The position numbers were made by a program, and so were the translations under genes. From the NCBI GenBank assembly GCA_964647595.1, contig CAZYGH010000002.1:3599-67598 (forward strand): a DNA stretch of 64,000 nucleotides. Direction: 5' to 3'. A model generated the notes under the pieces. That model did not search any database. It was not told the DNA's origin and was given only the letters and a program-made list of their open reading frames with translations. Shown here piece after piece: positions 29,723 through 38,933 of this stretch. Within the stretch, counting starts at the first letter, position 1, and each line of letters opens with the position of its first letter. This DNA is from an uncultured Verrucomicrobiota bacterium. Its GTDB lineage: Bacteria; Verrucomicrobiota; Kiritimatiellia; CAIQIC01; Lenti-01.

Positions 29723-30852
29723 CGTGTAGTTTCTAGTGTTTTAGGGAAGGTGGCGAGTACTTTGTGCCCCTTGCGTGTCACAACCACGGTGTCTTCGATG
29801 CGAACGCCACCGAGCCCAGGATAGTATAGCCCTGGTTCCACGGTGACAACATTGCCCTCCGAAAGACAACCGGGCTCGTTGCGTAAACCGGGCGACTCAT
29901 GAATATCAAGGCCCACGCCATGACCCACACTGTGGATGAATCCGCATTCCTTGCCGGCGGGAGAAAGACGCGTCTCGTGCCCAGCAGCGCGGAAGAAGTC
30001 TTCCACCGCATATTGAACGGCACTGGATTCCACACCGGGACGCACCATGGACAAAGCGAGTTTTTGCGCAGCAAGCACATCGCGATGCAACCGACGAACG
30101 GCATCGGTGGCACGACCCCGGACGACGGTGCGCGTGATATCGCCCCAGTAGCCGGTTATCTTGTCACGCGGAAAAATATCGATGACGATGGGCACGCCCG
30201 CCCGAAGCGGACCGGAGCCGACATCATGAGGTCGCGCGCCTTGAGGCCCAATGGCCACAATGGTTCCCTCGGCGGTACAATGCCGTTCCAACAGAGTGCG
30301 CTCAATCAAATCCTTCAGAAATTCCGAGGTCAGCGTCTTTCCGTCCACCTTCAATAGACCCGACGAAGAAATCGATGCCTCCCGAATGCAGGTTGTGGCC
30401 GCCCGCATCGCTGCAACAGCCGAACGCTGCGATTGGGTAATGAATCTCACTTCCCGGGCCGTCTTCACCGCACGGTTTGGAAAGGCGGAGTGGTGGGTCA
30501 CCTCCACCGTCACGCCTTGTTCTTCCAAGGAACGGGCAATACCCACAGGAAAAAACGGACCCACATCAACGGAAGAAAACCCAAGTGTTTTCAGAAGAAC
30601 AATCAGTTGGTCGCTGATGGATCGCCGCTTGGGAATTGCATCTCTAAAAAGCTGGGCTGGGGTGTGAAGAATAGCAGAAGGGCAGGTTTTCTTCGCACGG
30701 GAGGCTTCCAGCGCAGAAACGAGCAAATGGAGGCGGGAATCGACCACCAACAGGCAAAAAGGATCGGTCGCTACAAGGCCCGTGGCATAGCGCACATCAT
30801 TTTCTTCAAGGCCAGTGGCTATCAAAAGGCGGGGGACTGTTGATTTCTTCAT
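29719..30852 (-). CDS. Xaa-Pro aminopeptidase (peptidase M24)
   Basis: HSVGHGVGLDIHESP metal-binding motif, pita-bread fold signature. The ORF-track start at 30924 is a TTG. ATG at 30852 (MKKST...) is preferred. Confidence 0.8.
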   Translation of the reverse strand: MKKSTVPRLLIATGLEENDVRYATGLVATDPFCLLVVDSRLHLLVSALEASRAKKTCPSAILHTPAQLFRDAIPKRRSISDQLIVLLKTLGFSSVDVGPFFPVGIARSLEEQGVTVEVTHHSAFPNRAVKTAREVRFITQSQRSAVAAMRAATTCIREASISSSGLLKVDGKTLTSEFLKDLIERTLLERHCTAEGTIVAIGPQGARPHDVGSGPLRAGVPIVIDIFPRDKITGYWGDITRTVVRGRATDAVRRLHRDVLAAQKLALSMVRPGVESSAVQYAVEDFFRAAGHETRLSPAGKECGFIHSVGHGVGLDIHESPGLRNEPGCLSEGNVVTVEPGLYYPGLGGVRIEDTVVVTRKGHKVLATFPKTLETTR

Positions 30853-31139
30853 GTTTTTTGCGAATTTCGGCTCCGGGTGACTTGTTAATGAGCGAATTCT
30901 CAAGGGGTTAAGACCGCTTGACAATCACAAAATTCCTTGTCAAGGGGGGGGAGGACGGAAAAATTTAAAATCGAATAAGACACATCATATGGGATAAAGA
31001 GGGATTGAGACATCCATATGTGGTAGGATTCAAGATGCACGAGAGGAAAGTCTCACATGAACCTTGTCCTAGAGGAAGGGGACCCCTATAGTCGCAGACG
31101 TTTTAGGAGCCGAGAATCAAAAGACAGTTGTTAATAAAC

Positions 31140-31148
31140 TGTGGATAA
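31140..31148. promoter_or_regulatory. Consensus DnaA box (TGTGGATAA = TTATCCACA) upstream of dnaA
   Basis: Exact 9-mer in the 354-bp region upstream of dnaA. Weaker variants nearby (TGGGATAAA, TGTGGTAGG). Confidence 0.6.
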
Positions 31149-31278
31149 GTGGTTCAAAGGCCTGTCCTGCCGAGTCCAAATGGAGACGCGGGGAGGGCGG
31201 ATTTCCGGTGATATTTAAATTGTGCAGGCCGATTGGAAGTGAGAAACTGTCCGACCGAGTCAGGAAGAGGAATTTGTA

Positions 31279-32661
31279 GTGGAAACGACCCAGGCAAAAC
31301 AGATTTGGACAAAGGCATGCGAGTTCCTCTCGTCTGCCATTTCTGCGGACATCTATAACCGATGGATTGGCGTGATCGAAGCCATCGGCGACGACATGCC
31401 CGGACAGTTGACCCTAACGGTGCCGAACGGATTCTATCAGGACTGGCTTGAAGAGCATTACCTGTCCATGATCCACAAAGCCATTGAAGCATCGGGCGCA
31501 GAAAATGTGACGACTAGTTTTGTGGTGGACGGAGCGCGCCCTCCCGTCGAATCGCTTTCCACTCCACCACCACCGAGAGAAGAGAAAGAAACCGGCTCCA
31601 AGCGCCGTGTTTTGAAGTCGTGTAATGTGGGCGGCGTACTCAATCCACGCCACACGTTCGACAACTTTGTGGTGGGGCCCTCCAATAGTTTTGCCCATGC
31701 CGCTGCCTTGGCGGTGGTGGAGGCGCCAGGACGCGCTTACAACCCTTTGTTCATCCATGGCGGCACGGGACTCGGCAAGACTCATCTGATCCAAGCCATG
31801 GGCCAGGAAGTGCTCAAGCGGGGGAAGGGGACCGTCTGCTACGTCTCCTGCGAATCCTTCACAAATGAATACATTCAAGCTCTGAAGCAAAATGAAATTT
31901 CCGCCTTCCGAAAGAAATACCGCACAATCGACCTATTGCTGATTGATGACATCCATTTCCTCGCCGGCAAAGAAAGCACGCAGGAGGAATTCTTCCATAC
32001 ATTTAATACCCTGTATGAAAACCAAAAGCAGATCGTATTGACCAGCGATCGGCCCGTCAGCGAAATTGGGAATCTTCAAAAGCGTCTGGTTTCCCGATTT
32101 GAGTGGGGCCTAGGCACTGAGATGGAAATGGCCGACCTCGAAACCCGAGTGGCCATCCTTCGCAGACAGCGCGACCAATTGAACATTCATCTTCCGGACG
32201 ACACCCTGTTCTTTATTGCCGAACACGTGCGCTCCAACATTCGGAAGCTGGAAGGCTCGCTCCTTCGGGCCGCCTCCTATGCTTCCTTAACCCGCAAGCC
32301 CCTAACCACGGAAGCGCTCGAATATCTCCTGCGCGATACCATCGAACAGGAAAAACAGACCGCATTGACGATCGAAGGCATCCAGCGGACCGTCGCGGAA
32401 TACTACGACATCCGGTTGGGCGACATGACCAGCAAGCAACGGCCACAAAATATCGCGTTCCCCCGGCAGGTCGCCATGTATCTCTGCCGCGAGATGACCG
32501 ACCAATCCCTGCCCGCCATCGGAAATGGATTTGGCCGAAACCACGCCACCGTTCTTCATGCCCATCGCTCGGTGGGCGAAAAGATGAAGACCGACACCGG
32601 GCTTCGACAAACCATTCTTTCTCTTCAGCAACGGTTGGGCGGAGTGTCCGCCCCCGCGTGA
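31279..32661 (+). CDS. dnaA: Chromosomal replication initiator protein DnaA
   Basis: AAA+ Walker [11 protein letters not shown], sensor motifs, C-terminal DNA-binding domain (NHATVLHA). GTG start with aggaagagg RBS. Confidence 0.92.
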   Translation: METTQAKQIWTKACEFLSSAISADIYNRWIGVIEAIGDDMPGQLTLTVPNGFYQDWLEEHYLSMIHKAIEASGAENVTTSFVVDGARPPVESLSTPPPPREEKETGSKRRVLKSCNVGGVLNPRHTFDNFVVGPSNSFAHAAALAVVEAPGRAYNPLFIHGGTGLGKTHLIQAMGQEVLKRGKGTVCYVSCESFTNEYIQALKQNEISAFRKKYRTIDLLLIDDIHFLAGKESTQEEFFHTFNTLYENQKQIVLTSDRPVSEIGNLQKRLVSRFEWGLGTEMEMADLETRVAILRRQRDQLNIHLPDDTLFFIAEHVRSNIRKLEGSLLRAASYASLTRKPLTTEALEYLLRDTIEQEKQTALTIEGIQRTVAEYYDIRLGDMTSKQRPQNIAFPRQVAMYLCREMTDQSLPAIGNGFGRNHATVLHAHRSVGEKMKTDTGLRQTILSLQQRLGGVSAPA

Positions 32662-32726
32662 GATGATTGGCCTCGCACTGGATTCTGCCAAGGGATTTTC
32701 ACAGGAAGCTCAGACTCAAGCGAGAC

Positions 32727-32735
32727 TGTGGATAA
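32727..32735. promoter_or_regulatory. Consensus DnaA box (TGTGGATAA) 66 nt downstream of dnaA stop
   Basis: Exact match. Followed by the TGTGGACAA, GTCCACACA and ATCCACAGA variants inside the repeat. Confidence 0.6.
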
Positions 32736-32777
32736 CCCTGTGGGAATCGCTGGATTTCCTGTTCATAAACCATAATC

Positions 32778-32952
32778 CGTGTGGACAATCCCAAGTTGTC
32801 ACCTTTCCCCACAGGCAGGAGGGGGCCGTTCTCGACAGGTCCACACACGATAAAAGGCCCGTCTGGATTGATCGTTCAAGGATATGCACACGATCCACAG
32901 AACCTATTAATAATGCTTATTTAAACTTCTATATAAAAAAGAATAGAAGTAG
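32778..32952. repeat. Direct repeat copy 1 (~175 bp): DnaA-box-like motifs plus 45-bp AT-rich DUE-like tail
   Basis: ~90% identical to 33850..34023. The last ~107 bp are identical in both copies. Confidence 0.85.
32904..32950. promoter_or_regulatory. AT-rich putative DNA unwinding element (cctattaataatgcttatttaaacttctatataaaaaagaatagaag)
   Basis: ~80% AT in a ~60% GC genome, immediately 3' of the DnaA-box cluster. Confidence 0.5.
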
Positions 32953-32973
32953 AAGGCCATCTTCCGTATTTTC

Positions 32974-33189
32974 ATGCCGATGAAATCCATGGCCAAAATT
33001 GAAATACTCCGAAAGATGAAATCCAGTGCGGCATGGAAACGTGCGGAAGCCTATGGCATCGATATGTCCCTGTTGGAATCAAATCTTCGGCATACCGTTG
33101 CGGAACGTCTGCGTCAACACGATGCCGCCTTGCAAACCCTTCTCGCTTTGCGCGAAGCCGTGAAAAAGAAACATGCCACAACCGTCTGA
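32974..33189 (+). CDS. Small all-helical protein (71 aa), putative partner or antitoxin of the downstream nucleotidyltransferase
   Basis: ATG start. 17-nt overlap with the downstream gene. Charged helical sequence. Confidence 0.45.
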   Translation: MPMKSMAKIEILRKMKSSAAWKRAEAYGIDMSLLESNLRHTVAERLRQHDAALQTLLALREAVKKKHATTV

Positions 33190-33658
33190 CATTTTAAGAC
33201 TATTGAGTACACACGGTGTGGATTTCGTCGTGGTCGGCGGATATGCCGTCGTTGCCCACGGTGGAACCATGGTTACTCAAGATGTCGATGTCTGCTGCTG
33301 CTTTTCTCAAGAAAATCTCCTGCGCGTTCAGGATGCGCTCAAAGACGTCCATCCTGTTCATCGCATGACCCCAAAGCGGCTGCCGCTGCAGTTGACGGCG
33401 GATCATGGCCAAGGCCTTAAAAACATCTACCTAGACACAGATATCGGCCAGCTCGATTGCCTGAGCACGATTCTCGGAGTCGGCGATTTTCAGGAAGTGA
33501 AAAAACGAAGTTTTATGGTCAACATGAACGGCTACGAACTGCGACTGCTGGAATTGGATGCCCTCATCGCAGCAAAAAAAGCTATGACCCGACCTCGCGA
33601 CAGAGAAGCTGTCATTCAACTCGAGGCGTTGCGGGACGGCGGAAAAGAAGGGGAATAA
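33173..33658 (+). CDS. Pol-beta-superfamily minimal nucleotidyltransferase (AbiEii/MNT-like, DUF6036-like)
   Basis: VVGGYAVVAHGGTMVTQDVDVCC matches the hG[GS]x9-13Dh[DE]h NTase motif. 161 aa. Confidence 0.6.
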   Translation: MPQPSDILRLLSTHGVDFVVVGGYAVVAHGGTMVTQDVDVCCCFSQENLLRVQDALKDVHPVHRMTPKRLPLQLTADHGQGLKNIYLDTDIGQLDCLSTILGVGDFQEVKKRSFMVNMNGYELRLLELDALIAAKKAMTRPRDREAVIQLEALRDGGKEGE

Positions 33659-33849
33659 CATGCCTGACCTCGCACAATTCCAACTTTTAAAATGCCTTTG
33701 TCCTAAAGGCATCTATTAGAAGAAGAGGGAACATCCTCCATATGTTCATGGCGCGACTACCCTCCCTCAAGGAATTGGAAAATTTCTGCCCAAAAAGATG
33801 AATTTGAAACTAACTACAACAATATTAGATTATAGGCCTGACCCCATTT

Positions 33850-34023
33850 CGTGTGGACAATCCCCAGTGATCCCCTTTCCCCACAGGCAGGAGGGGGCCG
33901 TTCTCGACAGGTCCACACACGAAAAATGCCGACCTGGATTGATCGTTCAAGGATATGCACACGATCCACAGAACCTATTAATAATGCTTATTTAAACTTC
34001 TATATAAAAAAGAATAGAAGTAG
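33850..34023. repeat. Direct repeat copy 2 (174 bp) with its own AT-rich DUE-like tail (33975..34021)
   Basis: Aligned by eye to copy 1. Ends 42 nt before the wzx ATG. Confidence 0.85.
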
Positions 34024-34065
34024 TAGGTGGGCCTTCGTTCCTTTTTTTAATGATAGTTCAATCTC

Positions 34066-35424
34066 ATGACGTATTTCCAGCGTATCTTCCGTAGCTTAAG
34101 TTCGACACAGCAAAAAGTCGCATCCAATGTCTATTGGGCTGTTGTGGGGCATATGGCTCGGATTCTCTCCGAGCTACTGGTCGGCATACTCGTGGCACGC
34201 TATCTCGGTCCAGAACAATACGGACTGATGAGCTATGTCATCAGCTTTGTTTCCATTTTTTCTATTTTGGCTACTTTTGGTTTAGACCATATCGAGGTGC
34301 GCGAACTGGCGGGGGACAAACTGCCGAAAGAAGCCGTGCTTGGGACGGCCTTCCGGCTACGACTGATTTTCGCGCTCCTCACGATGGGGATCGTCCTTCT
34401 CACGGTTCAGGCCTTTGAAGTCGACGCCTCCGTCCGATTGCTGATTCTTGTGTATTCGTTTTCTATTATTCTGAACAGCTTCTATGTCATCCGGAACTAC
34501 TTCACGGCGATCGTGAGAAACAAATTTGTGGTCAAGGCCGAGATCACAAGAATTGTGTTCGGTGCAATTATCAAGATTCTCCTGATGCTGTTGCGAGCTC
34601 CCCTTCTGTGGTTTGTAGTTGCGGTGACATTTGATTTCCTCCTGCTTGCGACTGGATATGTGTATGCGTACCGTTCACAGGTTGGCTCGCTCCGCGAATG
34701 GCGGTTTGATAGGAGCATCGCCCACTTTCTCATTCGCCAGTCCTTCCCGTTGCTACTCTCTGGTGCGGCGGTCATTGTTTACCAGCGCATTGATCAGATC
34801 ATGCTCCGTAACATGCTGAACAATGCGTCGGCAGGCTACTTTTCGACTGCGGATAAATTCGCAAATCTTGTCATGTTTATTCCCTTGATTCTCACTCAAA
34901 CGATCAGTCCTTTGCTTGTGAAGACGAGAGCAGATAACCCAGAGCTGTATCGTAAGCGCAGACAACAATTTGTGGGTACGGTCTTGTGGGTAACCATCGG
35001 ACTATCCATTGTGATCAGCATCTTCTCTCACGCACTGATTGCGATGACATTCGGGAAGCAGTTCTTGAGTGCTGTGCCTGTTTTGAAGGTTCTTTCATTC
35101 CGGGCAGTCGGAATGGCTCTGTCTGCCGCCTCTGGACAACTGATCATCATCGAGGATATTCAAAAGTGGGCGTACATAAGAAATGTGATTGGATGTTGTG
35201 TCTGCGTCATCATCAATCTCTTGGCTATTCCGCGCTATGGGATTGTTGGAGCGGCATGGGCCTCTGTAATTACTGTTCTTGCGAGTGGTTTTTTTGCGAA
35301 CTTTGTAATTCCAAAGTACCGGGCGATCGCATGGATTCAATTATCAAGCCTGCTTATCGGTTGGCGTGACCTATTTGATTCCTGTATCAACGTATTCAGA
35401 AATATGAGGGAAAAGAGAACATGA
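34066..35424 (+). CDS. wzx: Polysaccharide biosynthesis protein / O-unit flippase Wzx
   Basis: ~12 TM segments, PST-family N-terminus. First gene of the polysaccharide locus. Confidence 0.7.
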   Translation: MTYFQRIFRSLSSTQQKVASNVYWAVVGHMARILSELLVGILVARYLGPEQYGLMSYVISFVSIFSILATFGLDHIEVRELAGDKLPKEAVLGTAFRLRLIFALLTMGIVLLTVQAFEVDASVRLLILVYSFSIILNSFYVIRNYFTAIVRNKFVVKAEITRIVFGAIIKILLMLLRAPLLWFVVAVTFDFLLLATGYVYAYRSQVGSLREWRFDRSIAHFLIRQSFPLLLSGAAVIVYQRIDQIMLRNMLNNASAGYFSTADKFANLVMFIPLILTQTISPLLVKTRADNPELYRKRRQQFVGTVLWVTIGLSIVISIFSHALIAMTFGKQFLSAVPVLKVLSFRAVGMALSAASGQLIIIEDIQKWAYIRNVIGCCVCVIINLLAIPRYGIVGAAWASVITVLASGFFANFVIPKYRAIAWIQLSSLLIGWRDLFDSCINVFRNMREKRT

Positions 35425-36395
35425 CAATACGAAGATGTTTGTCTTCTCTAAAAATCAAATGGTTGCTTGCCAAAGAGATCTTTTCGTTTTGGAAGTTGAT
35501 TCGTCGACACAACGCATCCGTGGCATCAGAGAAAAGTAGCAATAAAATGCGTTATTCACTGTTGCGAGATACACATGTAATTGAAAAGGCCATGTCCCTG
35601 AGGAATCCACGCAGGGGCTTCGGGCAACAGAAGATCTTGGGGATATTGGACAAAATCGAGGTATATTTGAAATACCCCGAGAACGACATCGAGTTTGTTA
35701 AGTATCCGTTAGCTGTTATTAAGAGTTATATTGATTATACCCAGACAATCGGAGTGAACATACACCAGATCGAGGATCGGTATCGTCATCTGCTTTCCAA
35801 GGTGAATGGTGAAAAAATTTCGTTCGTAAGCGGTGTTACACACATCACTCGAAAAGAAATTATTGAACAATCCGGTAAATCTTTTGAGTCGTTCTTGTAC
35901 AGCCGTCACTCTGTCCGATATTTTACATCCGTAGTGCCAGATCGCGAACAGATTGAGAGGGCACTACTGATGGCGCAGCAAACACCATCCGCTTGCAATA
36001 GACAAGGGTGGCGAACGCACCTATTTTTTGGAGAGAGTAGTTATCAATTGGTTCGTTGGCAGCAAGGGGCAAATGGATTTGAAGATGAGGTGCATTGCTC
36101 CATTCTTGTGACGGCTGATCTTAATGCTTTCTTCTCACATGAGGTTCATCAGGCATATGTTGACGGGGGCATGTATGCGATGACATTGATCCATGCGCTT
36201 CATTCGTTAGGTTTAGGTACGATACCTCTTTCTTGTGGAGTATATTGCGACAGACTATATAAATTAAAAGAGCTGTTTGCCATACCCGATAATGAGGTAC
36301 CCATCTTGATTATCGGAACTGGAAATATGGAGGACTCTTTCAGGGTCGCTGTTTCGGCAAGAAAAGAGGTTTCAGAAACAAATACCTACCACTGA
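35421..36395 (+). CDS. Nitroreductase-family protein with ~130-aa N-terminal extension
   Basis: SRHSVRYFT and QQTPSACNRQGW nitroreductase motifs. Low GC (~43%). Confidence 0.65.
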   Translation: MTIRRCLSSLKIKWLLAKEIFSFWKLIRRHNASVASEKSSNKMRYSLLRDTHVIEKAMSLRNPRRGFGQQKILGILDKIEVYLKYPENDIEFVKYPLAVIKSYIDYTQTIGVNIHQIEDRYRHLLSKVNGEKISFVSGVTHITRKEIIEQSGKSFESFLYSRHSVRYFTSVVPDREQIERALLMAQQTPSACNRQGWRTHLFFGESSYQLVRWQQGANGFEDEVHCSILVTADLNAFFSHEVHQAYVDGGMYAMTLIHALHSLGLGTIPLSCGVYCDRLYKLKELFAIPDNEVPILIIGTGNMEDSFRVAVSARKEVSETNTYH

Positions 36396-36432
36396 AAATG
36401 CCAGTTAGAAAAACAGATAAGGTTCGCCAGTT

Positions 36433-37653
36433 ATGAAAATCTTGCTTATTAACCAGCCGATTGAAAATCGTGGCGATGAATCGGCGCATCGTGGTTTAGT
36501 GCGTGCGCTGGTTGGAAGCATACCGGCTGTGCAGATTGTGTGCGTCTTTCTAGGGGCTCGGGCTGAAAGCGTGAGACAAATGGCGGTGAGCAGTCCAAAC
36601 GTGAAGTATGTGATTATACCGATGCGTCGTGGAACCTATCGCCTGCCTGCCTTGGCACTCCAAACGCACCTGTGGAGGCCTGTGGCGGCTTTGCATCCAG
36701 CCTACCGTCAACTAAAACAGTACATGAGAGATGCTGATTATGTGATTAATGCACCGGGTGGCATTTGTATGGGCGGATTTCAGAGTTGGGGGCACATCCT
36801 CTACTTGATGTTGGCGAGAGAAGCCGGGAAGCCAACGGCCTACTATTCGAGATCATTTGGTCCCTTTCGTATCGCTACCCGGACGGATCGGCTTTTCAAG
36901 CGTTACAGCCTATCGCTTCTGAAGTCATTTGACTTCCTGTCTATTCGTGATCAGAAAACCATGGAGCTTGCGGACAACCTCGGTCTACACTACGTTCCGG
37001 CCATTGATACCGCATTTTTGCATGTTCCGGAGGTCGTCATTCCGACAGAAGTGAGGGAGGCCACAGGTACGGACTACACTGTTTTTGTGCCCAATTCCTT
37101 GGTTTGGCATACGGATTATCACCGATCGGATTCTTCTCGCATCAATAATTTCTTCTTAAAAACGCTCGACTTGTTGCTTGCAAAACGACCAGAGTCCAAG
37201 ATTGTCATGCTTCCTCAATTGTACAACCTAGGCGATCTTGGTGATGAACCCTATTTTGAGAGTTTGCGATGCCGGAGTTCACTGCCGGAACGGATTGTTG
37301 TATTGCCGGACTCCATCGGGTCGGACATTCAGCAGGCCATCATCGCCAAGGCCGGATTCGTGGTCGGCGCCCGTTATCACACAATTGTTTTTGCGATCAA
37401 CAATCGGGTGCCGTTCGTCGCTTTCACCTATGAGCATAAGATTGCTGGATTGTTGGATGTATTACATCTCGAAGATCGGCAGATCGACATAGGCGACCTC
37501 GGAAAATCGACATTCGATGACTCGGCCACCTTCAATGCGCTTACACGATTGTTGAATCATTCAAAACCACTCGATGTGGCGGCCAATCGGGCACGAAAAA
37601 TTGCCAATGACTGTTTTCAAGCCCTTATCACTCGCCTCACGGTTGCACTATGA
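36433..37653 (+). CDS. Polysaccharide pyruvyl transferase family protein (CsaB/WcaK-like)
   Basis: MKILLINQPIENRGDE N-terminus, size and cluster context. Confidence 0.6.
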   Translation: MKILLINQPIENRGDESAHRGLVRALVGSIPAVQIVCVFLGARAESVRQMAVSSPNVKYVIIPMRRGTYRLPALALQTHLWRPVAALHPAYRQLKQYMRDADYVINAPGGICMGGFQSWGHILYLMLAREAGKPTAYYSRSFGPFRIATRTDRLFKRYSLSLLKSFDFLSIRDQKTMELADNLGLHYVPAIDTAFLHVPEVVIPTEVREATGTDYTVFVPNSLVWHTDYHRSDSSRINNFFLKTLDLLLAKRPESKIVMLPQLYNLGDLGDEPYFESLRCRSSLPERIVVLPDSIGSDIQQAIIAKAGFVVGARYHTIVFAINNRVPFVAFTYEHKIAGLLDVLHLEDRQIDIGDLGKSTFDDSATFNALTRLLNHSKPLDVAANRARKIANDCFQALITRLTVAL

Positions 37654-38933
37654 TTGTAAATATTATTCCCATTCTTATTTTTGCCGTACTCTGTACGGTC
37701 ACCGCCTGGCGCATGTGGCAACCGCAACAAGGGCGGCGGCTCGGCGCCTATGTTATGTTGTTGTACGGGTTGATTGCGATCGCCGGTATGGGTTGTGCCT
37801 TGCGTTTTTTCCCAGCCTTCTCTGCTCCAGAGATTCTACCCCTTCTTCATATTTATCTTATGATCCTTTTGCTTACGTTGCCGATTTACAGATTTAGCGA
37901 AGGTACTATTCGGGTAATTGACTTTTCTTCTCGCCGTGTATTTTTAGGGTTTGCCTATGGCATTGCTGTGGTTACGGTGGTCGGATATCTTGCGTATATT
38001 CCCGATGCATTCGCCAACGCATCCGATGCATTTAGGTTCGACTCTTTTAAGGAGACATATTCTGACCAGCGTGTGGATGGAAGCCTGAAGACGGGCTTGA
38101 GCATGGCCAATATTCCACTGGTAATTGCGAATTCATTTAGCGAGGTGGTTCCGTTTCTTTTGGCTTGTCTCCTTGGCTTCAAACGGCATCTTCTATTGAA
38201 ATATTTGCTTTTAACTTCTATCTTGTGTTCTCTTCTAATGGTGACGGGTTCGGCGGGCCGTAACGGCCTGGTTTTTTTCTGTTTGGTCATCGTGGGGACG
38301 ATCATGCTTTTCTGGAATTTGTTATCTACTCAAACTAGGCGAAGGTTCCTTATGGGATCAGCGGCCTTAGTCATATTCCTTTTCGTTATCGTTGTGAGGA
38401 TCACACTGAGCCGATTTGGTACCCGCGAGGATATGACCCCGATGGATTCTGTCTTAATCTACGCGGGGCAGCCCTTGCTGAACTTCGGTGAGTTCATCTA
38501 TAATGCACGGATGACCTGCAACGGCGATATGAACTTTCCGCTGTTTCGGGCAATGTTGGGGCTGGATTACTCCGCATCGCTTGATATTCGAACTCAGGTA
38601 TGGGAAATGCCCTTGGGGGTTCCTCTGGGTGTATTCTATACGATATTCGGTGATTTGATTCTAGACTTTGGTTCCATGATTACGACGGTACTTGTTCTGG
38701 CCTTGGCATTCTTTATCATGTGCAATGCGGGCCACAGTGGCAAAAACACTCAGGTTCACAGGCTATTCTTGGTGTATGTGTTATTTCTGATTGTGAGTAA
38801 AGGTATCTTCTACTATCCCTACAAGACCATTACCGGAAACCTGCAAGTCCTATGCATGATAGCGATCTATCTGTTCTTTCGCTTTACGGCGAAAGAAACG
38901 AGTCAGCACAATGATTTGGAAGGGGTGCCATGA
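37650..38933 (+). CDS. Wzy-like oligosaccharide repeat-unit polymerase (polytopic membrane protein)
   Basis: ~10-12 TM helices, no soluble domain, positioned between transferases. Confidence 0.5.
   Translation: MIVNIIPILIFAVLCTVTAWRMWQPQQGRRLGAYVMLLYGLIAIAGMGCALRFFPAFSAPEILPLLHIYLMILLLTLPIYRFSEGTIRVIDFSSRRVFLGFAYGIAVVTVVGYLAYIPDAFANASDAFRFDSFKETYSDQRVDGSLKTGLSMANIPLVIANSFSEVVPFLLACLLGFKRHLLLKYLLLTSILCSLLMVTGSAGRNGLVFFCLVIVGTIMLFWNLLSTQTRRRFLMGSAALVIFLFVIVVRITLSRFGTREDMTPMDSVLIYAGQPLLNFGEFIYNARMTCNGDMNFPLFRAMLGLDYSASLDIRTQVWEMPLGVPLGVFYTIFGDLILDFGSMITTVLVLALAFFIMCNAGHSGKNTQVHRLFLVYVLFLIVSKGIFYYPYKTITGNLQVLCMIAIYLFFRFTAKETSQHNDLEGVP

Noticed and set aside
30853-30924. N-terminal 24-aa extension of the M24 peptidase
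   Set aside because: ORF-track start is a TTG. The downstream ATG gives a canonical MKKST N-terminus.
32663-34069. ORFs 32663..32983 (106 aa) and 33851..34069 (72 aa) sharing a ...WIDRSRICTRSTEPINNAYLNFYIKKNRS tail
   Set aside because: The shared peptide is simply translation of the duplicated 174-bp repeat, including its AT-rich tail. Better explained as non-coding origin DNA.
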